Assembly (NCBI GenBank): GCA_946629635.1
Contig: CAMOYA010000002.1
Location: 10,640-74,639 of the forward strand
Length of the DNA: 64,000 nt
Direction of reading: 5' to 3'
Source: an uncultured Clostridia bacterium
GTDB lineage: Bacteria; Bacillota; Clostridia; Christensenellales; Aristaeellaceae
The translations under genes were made by a program, and so were the position numbers. This document shows, piece after piece, positions 47,077 to 57,855 of the stretch. Below the pieces are notes generated by a model that was given only the letters and a program-made list of their open reading frames with translations, did no database searches and was not told where the DNA came from. Position 1 is the first letter of the stretch. Every line of letters starts with the position of its first letter.

Positions 47077-48544
47077 TCCCGTTGCCTCCATTCATCCGGA
47101 TAAAACGCTTCATCGCTTCTTCCTGCTCGCCGGCGTAATCCCGCTGATGATACTGCTGTGCGCCGGAGGGCGGGGAAGCATTCTGTTTCAGATTCGCCTG
47201 CGCGTTCTCCTGATGATCCCGCTCCGCCTCCTCGGGCGTATGAATGCCTTTCTCCGCATACCGAACCAGGAGCGCATCCATATATGCCATCGGTTTTTTG
47301 GCTTCGGAAGCATAATCTGCCGCCTTCAGAATCAGTTCCCGGCTGATGCCCAACTGGTTTTCCCACTTTTCCAGCTGCTCCAGACTCTTTTCTCCGATAT
47401 CCGTTCGGTCGGACCATCTGGATTTGACTTCCTTCAGGAAGGATTCCCGGTCCTGGAAGGAACGGATGTGCGATTCAATTTCCTGCTGTGTTGTGAAGCC
47501 TCTTTTCTGCCAGGACTGCAGAAGCTTGTATGCCGATTCCGGATCCTTCCTCCGCCGGCCGCATTCCCTGGCGGCGATCAGGATGATTTCCGGATCCGGA
47601 TAAAGAGAGGCCATCCGCTGATAGAGCTCTTCCTGATACGGCGTCATGGCTGTATTCAGTCCCAACTCCTTCATCACTTTTCTTTTGATTTTTCGGATCT
47701 CTCCCGAAGCCTGCACATCCGACTTGCTCAGATGCTCCTTCTTTCCCTGCCCCTGCTGTTCCCAGGTTTTTTCCAGGATCGCGTTGACCAGGTTCAGATC
47801 CGGATCAGCCGTTCCGGTCTGATCGCAGGCGGACTCAATCGCTTCCTGATCAAAGCCCCAGGTTTCCGTCCACTTCCGGTACAGAGACATCTGTGCTTCG
47901 GAAGGCGTATACTTCTTTCCCAGTTTTCGAAGCACCTTTTTCATGCCAACCATCGCTGACTCGTCCATGCTGAGCACATATTCAGCCTCTTCGATGCTTC
48001 TGGCTTTTTCATCGGCAAGACGAATTGCCAGCTTCTGCGCATCGGCGATCCGGAAATTTTTGCCACGGACGCGGGCCATATGCTTGAGAAGCATGAGGAT
48101 GACTTCCGTAGGCAGCTGCAGGTCTTCCTTCCATTCGTAGCAGGACGCAATTTCACTCCCGTGAAAAACGCGGATTCCGTCAAAGGAATCCATCACGGTC
48201 TTGCTGAACGCAGCATATTCGGGGTCAATGACATCATCCGTATAAAGGCTCTTCTGCTTGATGTTGATATACTGCCATTGAGGGGGATGATCCTGAATCC
48301 GGCGGACAATGCCGCGGCGTTCCCAGTATCTGAACGCGGAAATGATATCATCCATCGGAAGATTCAGATCATGGCTCATGCTGTCCAGATTCATTTCCTT
48401 CTGCGGATGATAGCAGCAGAAAAGCCCATAAAGATAAACCCGGACGTAATCGCCCCTGGCCCCCGGCAGATACTCCAGAATGAACTGGTTTTCCACCGGG
48501 GTAACATCAAACATGGCAAACTGATTATCAAAGGCGAAATTCAC
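47069..48544 (-). CDS. DnaD/DnaB-domain replication protein
   Basis: VENQFI..Y...A.GDYVRVYLY, FRYWERRG, and repeated DnaD domains (LQSWQKRG, YMDALLVRYAEKGI). GTG start. Confidence 0.85.
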   Translation of the reverse strand: MNFAFDNQFAMFDVTPVENQFILEYLPGARGDYVRVYLYGLFCCYHPQKEMNLDSMSHDLNLPMDDIISAFRYWERRGIVRRIQDHPPQWQYINIKQKSLYTDDVIDPEYAAFSKTVMDSFDGIRVFHGSEIASCYEWKEDLQLPTEVILMLLKHMARVRGKNFRIADAQKLAIRLADEKARSIEEAEYVLSMDESAMVGMKKVLRKLGKKYTPSEAQMSLYRKWTETWGFDQEAIESACDQTGTADPDLNLVNAILEKTWEQQGQGKKEHLSKSDVQASGEIRKIKRKVMKELGLNTAMTPYQEELYQRMASLYPDPEIILIAARECGRRRKDPESAYKLLQSWQKRGFTTQQEIESHIRSFQDRESFLKEVKSRWSDRTDIGEKSLEQLEKWENQLGISRELILKAADYASEAKKPMAYMDALLVRYAEKGIHTPEEAERDHQENAQANLKQNASPPSGAQQYHQRDYAGEQEEAMKRFIRMNGGNGNA

Positions 48545-48563
48545 GTCCGGTTACCCTCCTGCT

Positions 48564-49946
48564 TCAGCAGGAATGATCCTGCAAAATAGCGGCTGCAGCT
48601 TTCTTCCCGGCGCCCATGGCCAGAATCACCGTTGCCGCGCCGGTCACTGCATCACCGCCGGCATAAACATTTTTCTTTCCAGTGCGTCCGTTCTCATCCG
48701 CCTGAATACCGCCCCACCTCTCGGTTGGCAGATCCGGCGTCGTTTTCTTGATCAGCGGATTCGGGCTGTTCCCGATGGCCACGATCACCGTTTCGACCGG
48801 CAGATCGAAATCGCTTCCCTCGATGGGGGAAGGACGTCTCCTGCCTTTCTCATCGGGGTCTCCCAGACGCATTTCGACACATTTCATATTGCGGACGAAG
48901 CCGTTCTCGTCCCCTTCAATGACCGTCGGGGCCGTCAGCATTCTGAAGATGATGCCTTCTTCCCGTGCGTGATGAACCTCCTCTGCGCGGGCAGGCATTT
49001 CCTGTTCGCTCCGGCGATAAACGATCGTCACCTCTGCTCCAAGCCGCTTTGCGCAGCGGGCAGCATCCATCGCAACGTTGCCGCCGCCGATCACAGCCAC
49101 GCGGCTGCCGATTCTGATCGGCGTATCATGCTGCGGGAAAGTATAGGCTTTCATCAGATTCAGGCGGGTCAGGAACTCGTTGGCGGAATATACGCCGCAC
49201 AGGCTTTCTCCCGGAATCTTCTGAAAATTGGGCAGGCCCGCGCCGCTTCCGATAAAGACAGCGTCGTTTCCGTCCGCCAGAAGCTCATCCACCGTAAACG
49301 CCTTGCCGGCCACAGCGTTGGTCACAATCCGGACGCCGAGATCCTTCAGTGCCGAGATTTCGCGGCTCACCAGCGCTTTGGGAAGGCGGAATTCCGGGAT
49401 CCCGTACATCAGAACGCCACCCGCCGTATGCAGCGCTTCATAGATCGTGACATCCCATCCGGCCTTTGCCAGCTCGCCGGCGCAGGTCAGGCCGGCGGGG
49501 CCACTTCCGATCACCGCCGCGCGCTTTCCACAGGGCGCTTTCTTTTCCGGCTTCACTCCGCCTTCGGCCATGGCTGTATCCGCTGCGAACCTTTCCAGGC
49601 GGCCGATGGCCACAGGCTCGCCCTTGATTCCGCGGACGCATTTGCTTTCGCACTGCGATTCCTGCGGACACACGCGGCCGCAGATCGCCGGAAGGGCGTT
49701 CTGGCTGCGGATAATGGCATAGGCTTCCGCCATGTGGCCGGACTTGATCTGATCAATGAAATCCGGAATCGGAACATTGACAGGACATCCCGCAACGCAT
49801 GGGCTGTTCTTGCAGTGAAGGCAGCGATCCGCCTCTTCCATTGCAATTTCCCGGGTATAGCCCAGGGCTACTTCCTTGAAATTGCCAGCCCGAACCGCTG
49901 GTTCCTGTTCCGGCATCGGATGCTTTACAAGACTCATGTTCGCCAT
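48564..49946 (-). CDS. nfnB: NfnB / GltD-like flavo-Fe-S subunit of electron-bifurcating transhydrogenase
   Basis: RCLHC...CVAGCP, CGRVCPQE.QCE, GSGPAG and GGGNVAMD. Adjacent to an NfnA-like gene with no large glutamate synthase subunit. Confidence 0.85.
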   Translation of the reverse strand: MANMSLVKHPMPEQEPAVRAGNFKEVALGYTREIAMEEADRCLHCKNSPCVAGCPVNVPIPDFIDQIKSGHMAEAYAIIRSQNALPAICGRVCPQESQCESKCVRGIKGEPVAIGRLERFAADTAMAEGGVKPEKKAPCGKRAAVIGSGPAGLTCAGELAKAGWDVTIYEALHTAGGVLMYGIPEFRLPKALVSREISALKDLGVRIVTNAVAGKAFTVDELLADGNDAVFIGSGAGLPNFQKIPGESLCGVYSANEFLTRLNLMKAYTFPQHDTPIRIGSRVAVIGGGNVAMDAARCAKRLGAEVTIVYRRSEQEMPARAEEVHHAREEGIIFRMLTAPTVIEGDENGFVRNMKCVEMRLGDPDEKGRRRPSPIEGSDFDLPVETVIVAIGNSPNPLIKKTTPDLPTERWGGIQADENGRTGKKNVYAGGDAVTGAATVILAMGAGKKAAAAILQDHSC

Positions 49947-49948
49947 CT

Positions 49949-50797
49949 TCAGCGCACCTCCCCCGTCAGATTGCAGATGTGTTTTTCCTTCGCCCGGGCT
50001 TCCTCCGGACGGAACATCCGGCCTCTGGCCATTGCCTCGTCAAAATCGACCAGATGGCCGTCAAAATCCGGCCCGTCCACACATGCGAACTTCGTTTCTC
50101 CTCCGACGGTCAGCCGGCATCCGCCGCACATTCCGGTCCCGTCAATCATGATCGGATTCATGCTGACAATCGTCCGGATGCCATACGGCCTCGTCATCTC
50201 GCAGACAGCCTTCATCATCGGCAGCGGTCCGATGGCAATCACCGTATCGTAATCACGCCCCGATTCAATCTGCTTCTCAAGCGCCTGCGTTACAAAGCCC
50301 TTGTTTCCGTTGCTTCCGTCATCCGTCATGATGATCAGATTTGTGCAGGCGGCTTCCAGTTCATCTTTCAGAATGATCAGATGTTCATTCCGGAAGCCGA
50401 CAATCAGATCCACTTCCGCACCGGCCTCATGGAGCGCTTTGGCCTGCGGATATGCAATGGCCACACCAAGCCCGCCGCCGATCACGGCCACCCGGTGAAT
50501 TCCTTCGGTTTCGCTGGGTTCGCCCAGCGGGCCCACAAAGTCGAGCACGCTGTCTCCCTCATTCAGGGTATCCAGCTTTTCAGTCGTATAACCGACCTTC
50601 TGGAATATGATCGTAACCGTTCCCTTTTCCCGATCGTATCCGGCAATCGTGAGCGGGACGCGTTCCCCTTCCTCGTCAATGCGGAATATGATGAACTGTC
50701 CGGGTCTGGCCTTGCGGGCGACCAGCGGAGCTTCAATTTCCATCAGCGTCGTGGTTTCATTAAGCACCTGTTTTCTGACGATGGGATACAAATTCAT
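49949..50797 (-). CDS. nfnA: NfnA / PyrK-like FAD/NAD-binding 2Fe-2S subunit
   Basis: PGQFII, GERVPLTI, GPLG and MIDGTGMCGGCR...CVDGP. Confidence 0.87.
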   Translation of the reverse strand: MNLYPIVRKQVLNETTTLMEIEAPLVARKARPGQFIIFRIDEEGERVPLTIAGYDREKGTVTIIFQKVGYTTEKLDTLNEGDSVLDFVGPLGEPSETEGIHRVAVIGGGLGVAIAYPQAKALHEAGAEVDLIVGFRNEHLIILKDELEAACTNLIIMTDDGSNGNKGFVTQALEKQIESGRDYDTVIAIGPLPMMKAVCEMTRPYGIRTIVSMNPIMIDGTGMCGGCRLTVGGETKFACVDGPDFDGHLVDFDEAMARGRMFRPEEARAKEKHICNLTGEVR

Positions 50798-50973
50798 CCC
50801 CTCCGATTCCTGTAAAATATCGTTTCTATTCTACTCATTTTAATCCGGAAGCGCAACTTGTTTTCCGTCTTCCTTTCGTACTTCTTTTCCGGAAGAGACA
50901 GATATTTTTCTTTCTTTTCTTCCCCGCATATGATATACTTGATTCATCTTTGAAATACAAGGAGGTCTTCCAT

Positions 50974-51912
50974 ATGGCACTGGTTACCACTACCGAGATG
51001 TTTAAGAAAGCCTACTCCGGCGGATATGCCGTCGGCGCTTTCAATGTTAACAACATGGAAATCATTCAGGGCATCACCGAAGCGGCCGGCGAACTGAAGG
51101 CTCCCCTGATCCTGCAGGTGTCCAAGGGTGCCCGCGCGTATGCCAACCATACTTACCTGGTAAAGCTGGTTGAAGCCGCCGTGATTGAAAATCCGGATAT
51201 CCCGATCGCACTGCATCTGGACCACGGTGATTCCTTTGAGCTCTGCAAGAGCTGCATTGACGGCGGATTCACCTCTGTCATGATCGATGCTTCCTCCAAA
51301 CCGTATGAAGAAAACATCAAGCTCACGCGCCAGGTCGTCGAGTATGCGCATGATCACGGCGTCGTCGTTGAGGCTGAACTGGGAACCCTGGCCGGTGTGG
51401 AAGACGAAGTTTCCGTCGAGGCCGACAAGGCAATGTATACCCATCCCGAAGAAGTTGAAGACTTTGCCACCCGCACCGGGTGCGATTCTCTGGCCATCGC
51501 CATCGGCACCAGCCATGGCGCCTACAAATTCAAGCCCGGCACGAAGCCCCAGCTCCGGTTTGACGTGCTGGAGGAATGCTCCCGCCGCCTGCCCGGCTTC
51601 CCGATCGTGCTGCACGGTTCCTCCTCTGTACCGCAGGAATTCGTCGCGATGATCAATCAGTATGGCGGCGCAATGCCCGGCGCCATCGGCATCCCCGAGG
51701 ATCAGCTCCGTCAGGCTGCCCGCAGCGCTGTATGCAAGATCAATATTGACTCTGATATCCGTCTGGCCATGACCGCCAATATCCGCAAGTATTTCGCCGA
51801 ACATCCGGATCATTTCGATCCGCGGCAGTATCTCAAGCCCGCCCGCCAGGCCGTTAAGGACATGGTTGCTCACAAGATCAAGAATGTTCTGGGCTGCGAC
51901 GGCAAAGCCTGA
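50974..51912 (+). CDS. fba: Class II fructose-1,6-bisphosphate aldolase
   Basis: GAFNVNN, LHLDHG, VEAELG, GTSHG, VLHGSS and KINIDSD. Start after AAGGAGG. Confidence 0.96.
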   Translation: MALVTTTEMFKKAYSGGYAVGAFNVNNMEIIQGITEAAGELKAPLILQVSKGARAYANHTYLVKLVEAAVIENPDIPIALHLDHGDSFELCKSCIDGGFTSVMIDASSKPYEENIKLTRQVVEYAHDHGVVVEAELGTLAGVEDEVSVEADKAMYTHPEEVEDFATRTGCDSLAIAIGTSHGAYKFKPGTKPQLRFDVLEECSRRLPGFPIVLHGSSSVPQEFVAMINQYGGAMPGAIGIPEDQLRQAARSAVCKINIDSDIRLAMTANIRKYFAEHPDHFDPRQYLKPARQAVKDMVAHKIKNVLGCDGKA

Positions 51913-51929
51913 TTCCCGGTATATAAACC

Positions 51930-51969
51930 GCGGGAGTTCCATTCATTGGAACTCCCGCTTCATTTTTTT
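51930..51969. terminator. Terminator after fba
   Basis: 12-bp stem GCGGGAGTTCCA/TGGAACTCCCGC followed by a T-rich tail. Confidence 0.8.
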
Positions 51970-51974
51970 CACCG

Positions 51975-53777
51975 TTACCGCTGTGTCACGCCCACATAGA
52001 TTTTTTCGGGTTTCGGGTCATACTGATCCGTAAACAGAAGCTTCTTTTCCGTCTGCACATTGGCGTCGTAACGAACCCGGTAGCTGTTGACGATATAGCC
52101 TTCCTTGGCCTTTGAGACGCTCTTCTGCTGATCCGTATATGTCACATACTCCGCATTGGTATCCTTGATATATTTGGGTTCGAACGGAGCCAGAAGCGTT
52201 TCCGCGATTTCAGATGTCAGCTCATACCGGACGTCTCCCATATATTCGCCGTAGATGGTCACACGGGCGACCAGCCTGTTCTTGTTGCTGGGATCCTGTT
52301 CCACATGGGCGACGAAGTAGATGTTTCCATCCGTATTGTTCTTGAACGTCAGGTCGACCTTCCGGTTTCCGACCCAGGAAACGGTAGCATCCTTGCCGTA
52401 ATCCGTATAGCTGACGGAATCAGAATGAGGCTTTCGGTTCAGTATCTGCAGTCCGGCACAGACGGCTGCCTGATATACGGTCGTACTGGCCTGACATACG
52501 CCGCCGCCGACGCCCATCACGTGCTCGCCGTAGGCATATTCGATCGCTTCATAGAATCCGTTTCCGATCGTTCTTTCTCCGACAACATTATTGAAGCTGA
52601 ACGTTCTGCCGGGCGCGAGCGTATATCCGTTGATGAATTCAAATGCCCGCCTGATATTGTTGTTCCGGTTCTCGGAGGAATGCCTGTCGATCGGAGTGGT
52701 CACGGAAGCGCGACGCATATAATGCTTCTCAATGTCGACCTTTTTGACGGCAGGCTCAATCAGCTCCGGAACAATTTCCACGTTGCCGCTCTCCATGGTG
52801 GAAACCATCTGATAAAGCTTTTCAACCAGGGGGGCCGTATTCAAGCTTTTCCCGTAGACCTCTTCCTTGAAAACGAAGGGTTCTTCCAGATCCGGGACAA
52901 AGCCTACCAGCACAGCATCCTCAGCCGGCGTATCGATCATCGCCTTGAGTTGGTTCATCAGCTGATCGATCCTGGAATTGTCTCCGCTCGGATGCGCAGT
53001 ATATGCCTGATAAGGTTGCTGCTGCAATGCAAGCATTGCATCGTAGCGCTGCTGTTCCGTACCGGAATGCCCCTGCTGCCATGCCTGGTTCAATGTTTCA
53101 GACGGATCGGTACCCATCTCCAGGTTGGAAGCATTGATCGAAGCCACCACGTTGCCGCCATAGGACAGCGTGACCTGCCAGGCATCAGAGCGCTGCTGAA
53201 TCTGAGAGGTGACGGAATTCCATGCCTGCTCGGTGGTCATGCCGCCCAGGCTGATCCCGTCCACATAGACGCCCGGACAGAACAGATGGTCATAGGCCTT
53301 GACCTGCTGATGAATCATGTCCACCCGCTGCTTTTCCGGCAGGTAAACCGCCAGCCCGTAGACCGCCAGTCCGGCCAGCACCATGAATGCAGCCACAGCA
53401 ATCAGAATTCGAATTTTACCACCGGTCGCCTTTCCCTGCTTCGGCGTCTGCTGAACCGGTGCTGCGACAAAGCCGCGCTGGGCACCCATCACGGAGGAAG
53501 TGTATCCGGCATTTTCGCGATAGCCGGCATCCATTCCCGGAGCCTGAGCGGCATCCTGACGCATATGGTTTCCCGTGGACTGATTCCACTGCGGAATACT
53601 CCCCGTCCGTTGCTGGTGCACACCGGCGGGAGAATAACCGCCGGTGTTCTGCGGAATAAACCCGCGATATAATCCGGAGGCAGTATTCTGGCTGACGCCC
53701 TGTGCCGCTTGCTGAACTCTCTCCGGAATCTGCGCCTGTCCGGAGCTCCGGTTCGAATTATTTCCGGTTGCCATCAT
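51975..53777 (-). CDS. VanW-family membrane-anchored protein with PG-binding-like and G5-like regions
   Basis: Q/G-rich N-terminus, one TM helix, PGVYVDGI, NRNNNI, FSFNNVVG, GGGVCQASTT, DATV and a C-terminal G5-like IYVG. Confidence 0.85.
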   Translation of the reverse strand: MMATGNNSNRSSGQAQIPERVQQAAQGVSQNTASGLYRGFIPQNTGGYSPAGVHQQRTGSIPQWNQSTGNHMRQDAAQAPGMDAGYRENAGYTSSVMGAQRGFVAAPVQQTPKQGKATGGKIRILIAVAAFMVLAGLAVYGLAVYLPEKQRVDMIHQQVKAYDHLFCPGVYVDGISLGGMTTEQAWNSVTSQIQQRSDAWQVTLSYGGNVVASINASNLEMGTDPSETLNQAWQQGHSGTEQQRYDAMLALQQQPYQAYTAHPSGDNSRIDQLMNQLKAMIDTPAEDAVLVGFVPDLEEPFVFKEEVYGKSLNTAPLVEKLYQMVSTMESGNVEIVPELIEPAVKKVDIEKHYMRRASVTTPIDRHSSENRNNNIRRAFEFINGYTLAPGRTFSFNNVVGERTIGNGFYEAIEYAYGEHVMGVGGGVCQASTTVYQAAVCAGLQILNRKPHSDSVSYTDYGKDATVSWVGNRKVDLTFKNNTDGNIYFVAHVEQDPSNKNRLVARVTIYGEYMGDVRYELTSEIAETLLAPFEPKYIKDTNAEYVTYTDQQKSVSKAKEGYIVNSYRVRYDANVQTEKKLLFTDQYDPKPEKIYVGVTQR

Positions 53778-53825
53778 ACTCCCCCCTTTCTTCATACTTC
53801 ATCCGGTTATACGTTGCAGACAATC

Positions 53826-55856
53826 TTATATTTCATCTCCTGGTTCCGTAAAGGTATCATCTGCGGACTTCTCCGGTTTGCTCTCTTCAAACCGTTCCGG
53901 ATGATCATCCCTGGCCTGGCTGAGTACCTCCTGCGTCGTTCTCGGTTTGTCGCCTCCGAGGTTTTCAGGAACTTCGCCGGTTTCCATGAGCGCAAGAAAC
54001 TCAGCACGGTTCAGCGTTTCAAACTTCAGCAGCGCATCTGCGAGGGCTCTGAGCTTGTCCAGGTTTTCTGTCAGGATCCGCTTGGCCACTTCATAGGCCC
54101 GGGCAAGCATGTCCGCGACCTCCCGGTCGATCCGGGCGGCCACTTCCTCGCTGTATTCACGGCTCTGGCCAAATTCCATGCCGACAAAGACTTCCTGATC
54201 GCTGCCCAGATAGATGGTTCCGATTTTGTCACTCATGCCGAACTGGGTCACCATTTTCCGGCAGATTTCCGTTGCGCGCTTGAGATCGCTGGAAGAACCG
54301 GTATAGATTTCACCCAGTGCAACCTCTTCCGCCGCATGGCCGCCAAGCATCATGGCAATCTGATCCAGAAGCTGGCTCCTGCTCATGTTGTCATGCTCCT
54401 CGGCGGGCAGTGCCAGCGTATGTCCGGCGGCCTGTCCGCGCGGGACGATCGTAATGAGATGGACCTCGTCACAGCCTTTCAGAAGATGGCCGACAATCGC
54501 ATGTCCGCCCTCATGGATCGCCACCATCCGCCGATCCTGATCATTCACTTTGTGGCTCTTCTTTTCAGGGCCCATCTGTACCCTGGCAATGGCATCGATC
54601 AGCAGCTGCTGGTCAATGGTCTTCTTTTTGGCTCTGGCCGCCAGGATGGCCGCTTCATTCATAACATTTTCAAGATCAGCGCCGGTCGCATAGGGCATGC
54701 GCTTGGCAATATTGGCCAGATCCACACCCGGTTCCAGCGTCTTTCCGCGGCTGTGCACCTTCAGAATCGCAACGCGACCGTCCTGATCCGGATAATTGAC
54801 CGTCACTTGGCGATCAAATCTGCCAGGCCGCATCAGGGCCGGATCCAGAATATCTCGCCGGTTGGTCGCTGCCATCACGATAATGCCCTCATTGACGGCA
54901 AATCCGTCCATTTCGACGAGCAGCTGGTTGAGCGTCTGTTCCCGCTCATCGTGTCCGCCGCCCAGTCCCGCGCCGCGATGGCGTCCGACCGCATCAATTT
55001 CATCGATAAAAACGATGGCAGGGGCTACCTTCTTGGCCTGATCGAACAGATCGCGTACACGGCTGGCGCCCACGCCGACAAACATCTCCACAAAGTCACT
55101 GCCGCTGATGGAAAAGAAAGGAACCCCGGCTTCACCTGCGACGGCTTTGGCCAGCAGCGTCTTTCCGGTTCCGGGAGGGCCGACCAGCAGTACGCCCTTT
55201 GGAATCCGCGCACCGGCTTCCGTGTAGTTCTTGGGATTTTTCAGGAAATCAACCATTTCCTGAAGCTCGCCTTTTTCCTCTTCTGCCCCGGCAACATCTG
55301 CAAAAGTGATTTTGTTCTTGGCCGGATCCTGGATTCTTGCCCGGCTCCGACCGAAGGACATCACGCGGCCGCCTCCGCCACCCTGGGCGCGGATCATCAC
55401 AAACCACAGAACCGCCATAATGACAAGCATGATCAGATACGGCAGAAAATCATACCACCAGGGAATCATAACAGGTGCCCTGTACTCCAGCTGGAAGGGC
55501 AGCTTGTCCACCGTGATCTCATCAATGCTGACCTTTTTCTGGTTCGCGGTCATCTGGCGGACTGTATCGAGGAAATCCGCTCCGATGGTTGTTTCAAAAT
55601 CATAGCTGCGTTCCGGAAAATCTGCATCGGCGACCTGCGTCTGCCCCTTGGCGCCGCCGTATACCCCAACCAGCGAATTGCCGCGGATGGCCACCCGGCC
55701 AACCCGGTCCTCGCTGATCATCTTCAGAAGTTCCGGATACTCAATTCTTTTGTTGACCGTCTGTCCCAGCCCGCCATTGAGCAGAATGGCGATCACGAAC
55801 AACGTGGCCAAAAGAATTACATATCCGATAATCCCTCTGGATGGTTTCTTGTTCAA
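53826..55856 (-). CDS. ftsH: ATP-dependent zinc metalloprotease FtsH
   Basis: Two TM helices, [21 protein letters not shown] and HEGGH. TTG start after GAGGAG. Confidence 0.97.
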   Translation of the reverse strand: MNKKPSRGIIGYVILLATLFVIAILLNGGLGQTVNKRIEYPELLKMISEDRVGRVAIRGNSLVGVYGGAKGQTQVADADFPERSYDFETTIGADFLDTVRQMTANQKKVSIDEITVDKLPFQLEYRAPVMIPWWYDFLPYLIMLVIMAVLWFVMIRAQGGGGGRVMSFGRSRARIQDPAKNKITFADVAGAEEEKGELQEMVDFLKNPKNYTEAGARIPKGVLLVGPPGTGKTLLAKAVAGEAGVPFFSISGSDFVEMFVGVGASRVRDLFDQAKKVAPAIVFIDEIDAVGRHRGAGLGGGHDEREQTLNQLLVEMDGFAVNEGIIVMAATNRRDILDPALMRPGRFDRQVTVNYPDQDGRVAILKVHSRGKTLEPGVDLANIAKRMPYATGADLENVMNEAAILAARAKKKTIDQQLLIDAIARVQMGPEKKSHKVNDQDRRMVAIHEGGHAIVGHLLKGCDEVHLITIVPRGQAAGHTLALPAEEHDNMSRSQLLDQIAMMLGGHAAEEVALGEIYTGSSSDLKRATEICRKMVTQFGMSDKIGTIYLGSDQEVFVGMEFGQSREYSEEVAARIDREVADMLARAYEVAKRILTENLDKLRALADALLKFETLNRAEFLALMETGEVPENLGGDKPRTTQEVLSQARDDHPERFEESKPEKSADDTFTEPGDEI

Positions 55857-55930
55857 AACAGTCTCCTCCTCTGTCGTTCAGTCCGTTTCCGGGCAGGCAT
55901 ACCGCCGGTCGGCTTTTCGGATGACTGCGT

Positions 55931-56497
55931 TCATCCGTTTCCGTAAATCCGCGGCGACAGCACGCCGATATCCGGAAGATTCCGATACCTCTGATCAAAA
56001 TCCAGCCCGTAGCCTACCACATATGCATCCGGGATGTCAAAGCAAACGTAATCCACCTGAAGATTCTCCACTTTCCTTCTGGCTTTTTTGTCCAGCATCG
56101 CGGCGATTTTCAGGGATCGGGCCCCTCTCTGTTTCAGAATCTTGGTCAGATAGTTCAGCGTGATTCCGGTGTCAACGATATCCTCGACAATGATGACATC
56201 CTTGTCCAGAATATCATTGTCAAGGTCCTTCATAATCCGGACCACGCCGCTGGATTTGGTTGCGCTGCCGTAACTGGAGATCGCCATGAACTCCGTGGTC
56301 AGCGGCAGGTCAATTTCACGGATCAGATCCGTAAAAAACAGGCAGGCCCCTTTAAGAATGCAGATCATGACCGGACTTGTTCCGGCGTAATCCCGGGTAA
56401 TCTGAAGACCCAGTTCCTGAACCTTTGCGGCAATTTCCTCCCGGGTCACAAGAATCTGATCAAGATCCTGATAGATTGCTGAAGTATTTCTGTTCAT
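55931..56497 (-). CDS. hpt: Hypoxanthine phosphoribosyltransferase
   Basis: ILKG, SSYG, VEDIVDTGITL and VVGYGLD. Confidence 0.96.
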   Translation of the reverse strand: MNRNTSAIYQDLDQILVTREEIAAKVQELGLQITRDYAGTSPVMICILKGACLFFTDLIREIDLPLTTEFMAISSYGSATKSSGVVRIMKDLDNDILDKDVIIVEDIVDTGITLNYLTKILKQRGARSLKIAAMLDKKARRKVENLQVDYVCFDIPDAYVVGYGLDFDQRYRNLPDIGVLSPRIYGNG

Positions 56498-56499
56498 GT

Positions 56500-57855
56500 T
56501 TACACCTTTCCTGCTTTCATTGGCTGCCAGGGCATCCTGCCCGTCCATGTCAGCCGGAGGTTCCGTTTGTCCCGGTTCCACATCGGAACATCACCGGTTC
56601 CGACTCCGGCCACCCATATCACTTCATTTCCCCTGCAGAGCAGCGGGATTTCATTCCGCCAGGGTTCGTCGATCCCCCGGTCGATCAGATAATCAGACAG
56701 TTTTCGCCTGCCGCTCATTCCGAACGGACGAATCCAGTCGCCGGGTCTTCTGTTTCGGATGACGCATTCTTTGAGCATGGCTTCCGGAATCTCCTGCACC
56801 GTGACGCCGTCCCCGGGGTTGTCACCGCCAGGCAGGATATCCAGCTTCCATCTTCCGAACGGGACACCTTTTCTGTCGAGTGGCGTTTCAGGGACAGAGG
56901 CTGAGGGAAAACCGGTCAGATGCAGTGCCTGGCGGCCCCGAACCGCAAACAGTCCTCCCGGAAGGTTGATCTTCCTTCCGTCCCCTGCCGCCAGCCGGAC
57001 CAGCGCATCCGTCTGTTCCGCGCTCAGTTCCCGCTCCGCGCGGGCCGGGGAATTGATTTTCACCCACCGCCGCAGAATCCTGGCCTGCATGGCGGCGGAA
57101 TGAAGTCTCAATGCCATCCAGTCGATCCAGCGTTCTCCGGCGAAATCCTTCAGAAATGAATCCACCTGGGTGTCAATCATCTCATTCTCGGCTGAAATCA
57201 TCTCGCACGTCCTGGCAATTCTCCCTGCGCTCCCGGGCGCCATCTCCTCCATGATCGGCATCAGGCGCAGCCGAACAGCATTTCTCAGATATATGGACTG
57301 GATGTTGCTCGAGTCTTCCCGCCAGGGAATCCCTTCTTCCTTCAGGGCGTTCCTGATTTCTTCCCGCCGGATGCCCAGCATCGGACGCAGAATACGCAGA
57401 TTCCCCCGGCGTTCAATCCTTCGCATGCATCCCAGTCCCTCTGGTCCGGTGCCGCGCAGAAGGCGCATGATGCATGTCTCAGCCAGATCATCTGAATGAT
57501 GGGCCAGTACCAGCGTATCAATTCCCGTTGATTCAGCACACTGGCTGAAAAAGGAATACCTGGCTTCCCGGGCGCTGTTCTCATCTCTCCGGTTTTTCAG
57601 ATCGGCGCGGAAAACGTGGAGCGGGACATCCATCTCTCTGCACAGTTTCCGGACAAACGCCTCATCCCCGTCCGACTCATCGCCCCGCAGCCCGTGATTG
57701 ATATGCACCGCTTCAGGCTCAATACCGGAAAGGCTTTTCAGGCATTTCAGCATGGCTGTGCTGTCTGCGCCGCCTGATACGCCGACCAAGCACCTTCCTT
57801 CCGGAATGGGATGCATTTCAGCAGCCAGCCTTTCCATCGGAGTCATCCGACTCAT
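56500..57855 (-). CDS. tilS: tRNA(Ile)-lysidine synthase
   Basis: SGGADS, HINHGLR, AREARY, AHHSDD.AET and EDSSN...RNAVR. ATGA overlap with the upstream gene. Confidence 0.95.
   Translation of the reverse strand: MSRMTPMERLAAEMHPIPEGRCLVGVSGGADSTAMLKCLKSLSGIEPEAVHINHGLRGDESDGDEAFVRKLCREMDVPLHVFRADLKNRRDENSAREARYSFFSQCAESTGIDTLVLAHHSDDLAETCIMRLLRGTGPEGLGCMRRIERRGNLRILRPMLGIRREEIRNALKEEGIPWREDSSNIQSIYLRNAVRLRLMPIMEEMAPGSAGRIARTCEMISAENEMIDTQVDSFLKDFAGERWIDWMALRLHSAAMQARILRRWVKINSPARAERELSAEQTDALVRLAAGDGRKINLPGGLFAVRGRQALHLTGFPSASVPETPLDRKGVPFGRWKLDILPGGDNPGDGVTVQEIPEAMLKECVIRNRRPGDWIRPFGMSGRRKLSDYLIDRGIDEPWRNEIPLLCRGNEVIWVAGVGTGDVPMWNRDKRNLRLTWTGRMPWQPMKAGKV

Noticed and set aside
48564-49946. 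Glutamate synthase small subunit
   Set aside because: No large subunit is adjacent, and pairing with a PyrK-like gene fits NfnAB.
51975-53777. Vancomycin resistance cluster
   Set aside because: Only a lone VanW-domain gene is present, with no vanHAX or vanRS. Such proteins are widespread in Clostridia.
53709-55946. Very long antisense ORFs (745 aa opposite ftsH; also 48573-50252, 26182-27681, 52305-53672 and many others)
   Set aside because: They mirror well-conserved genes and show no motifs or RBS. They are expected when TTA, CTA and TCA codons are rare on the sense strand of GC-rich genes.
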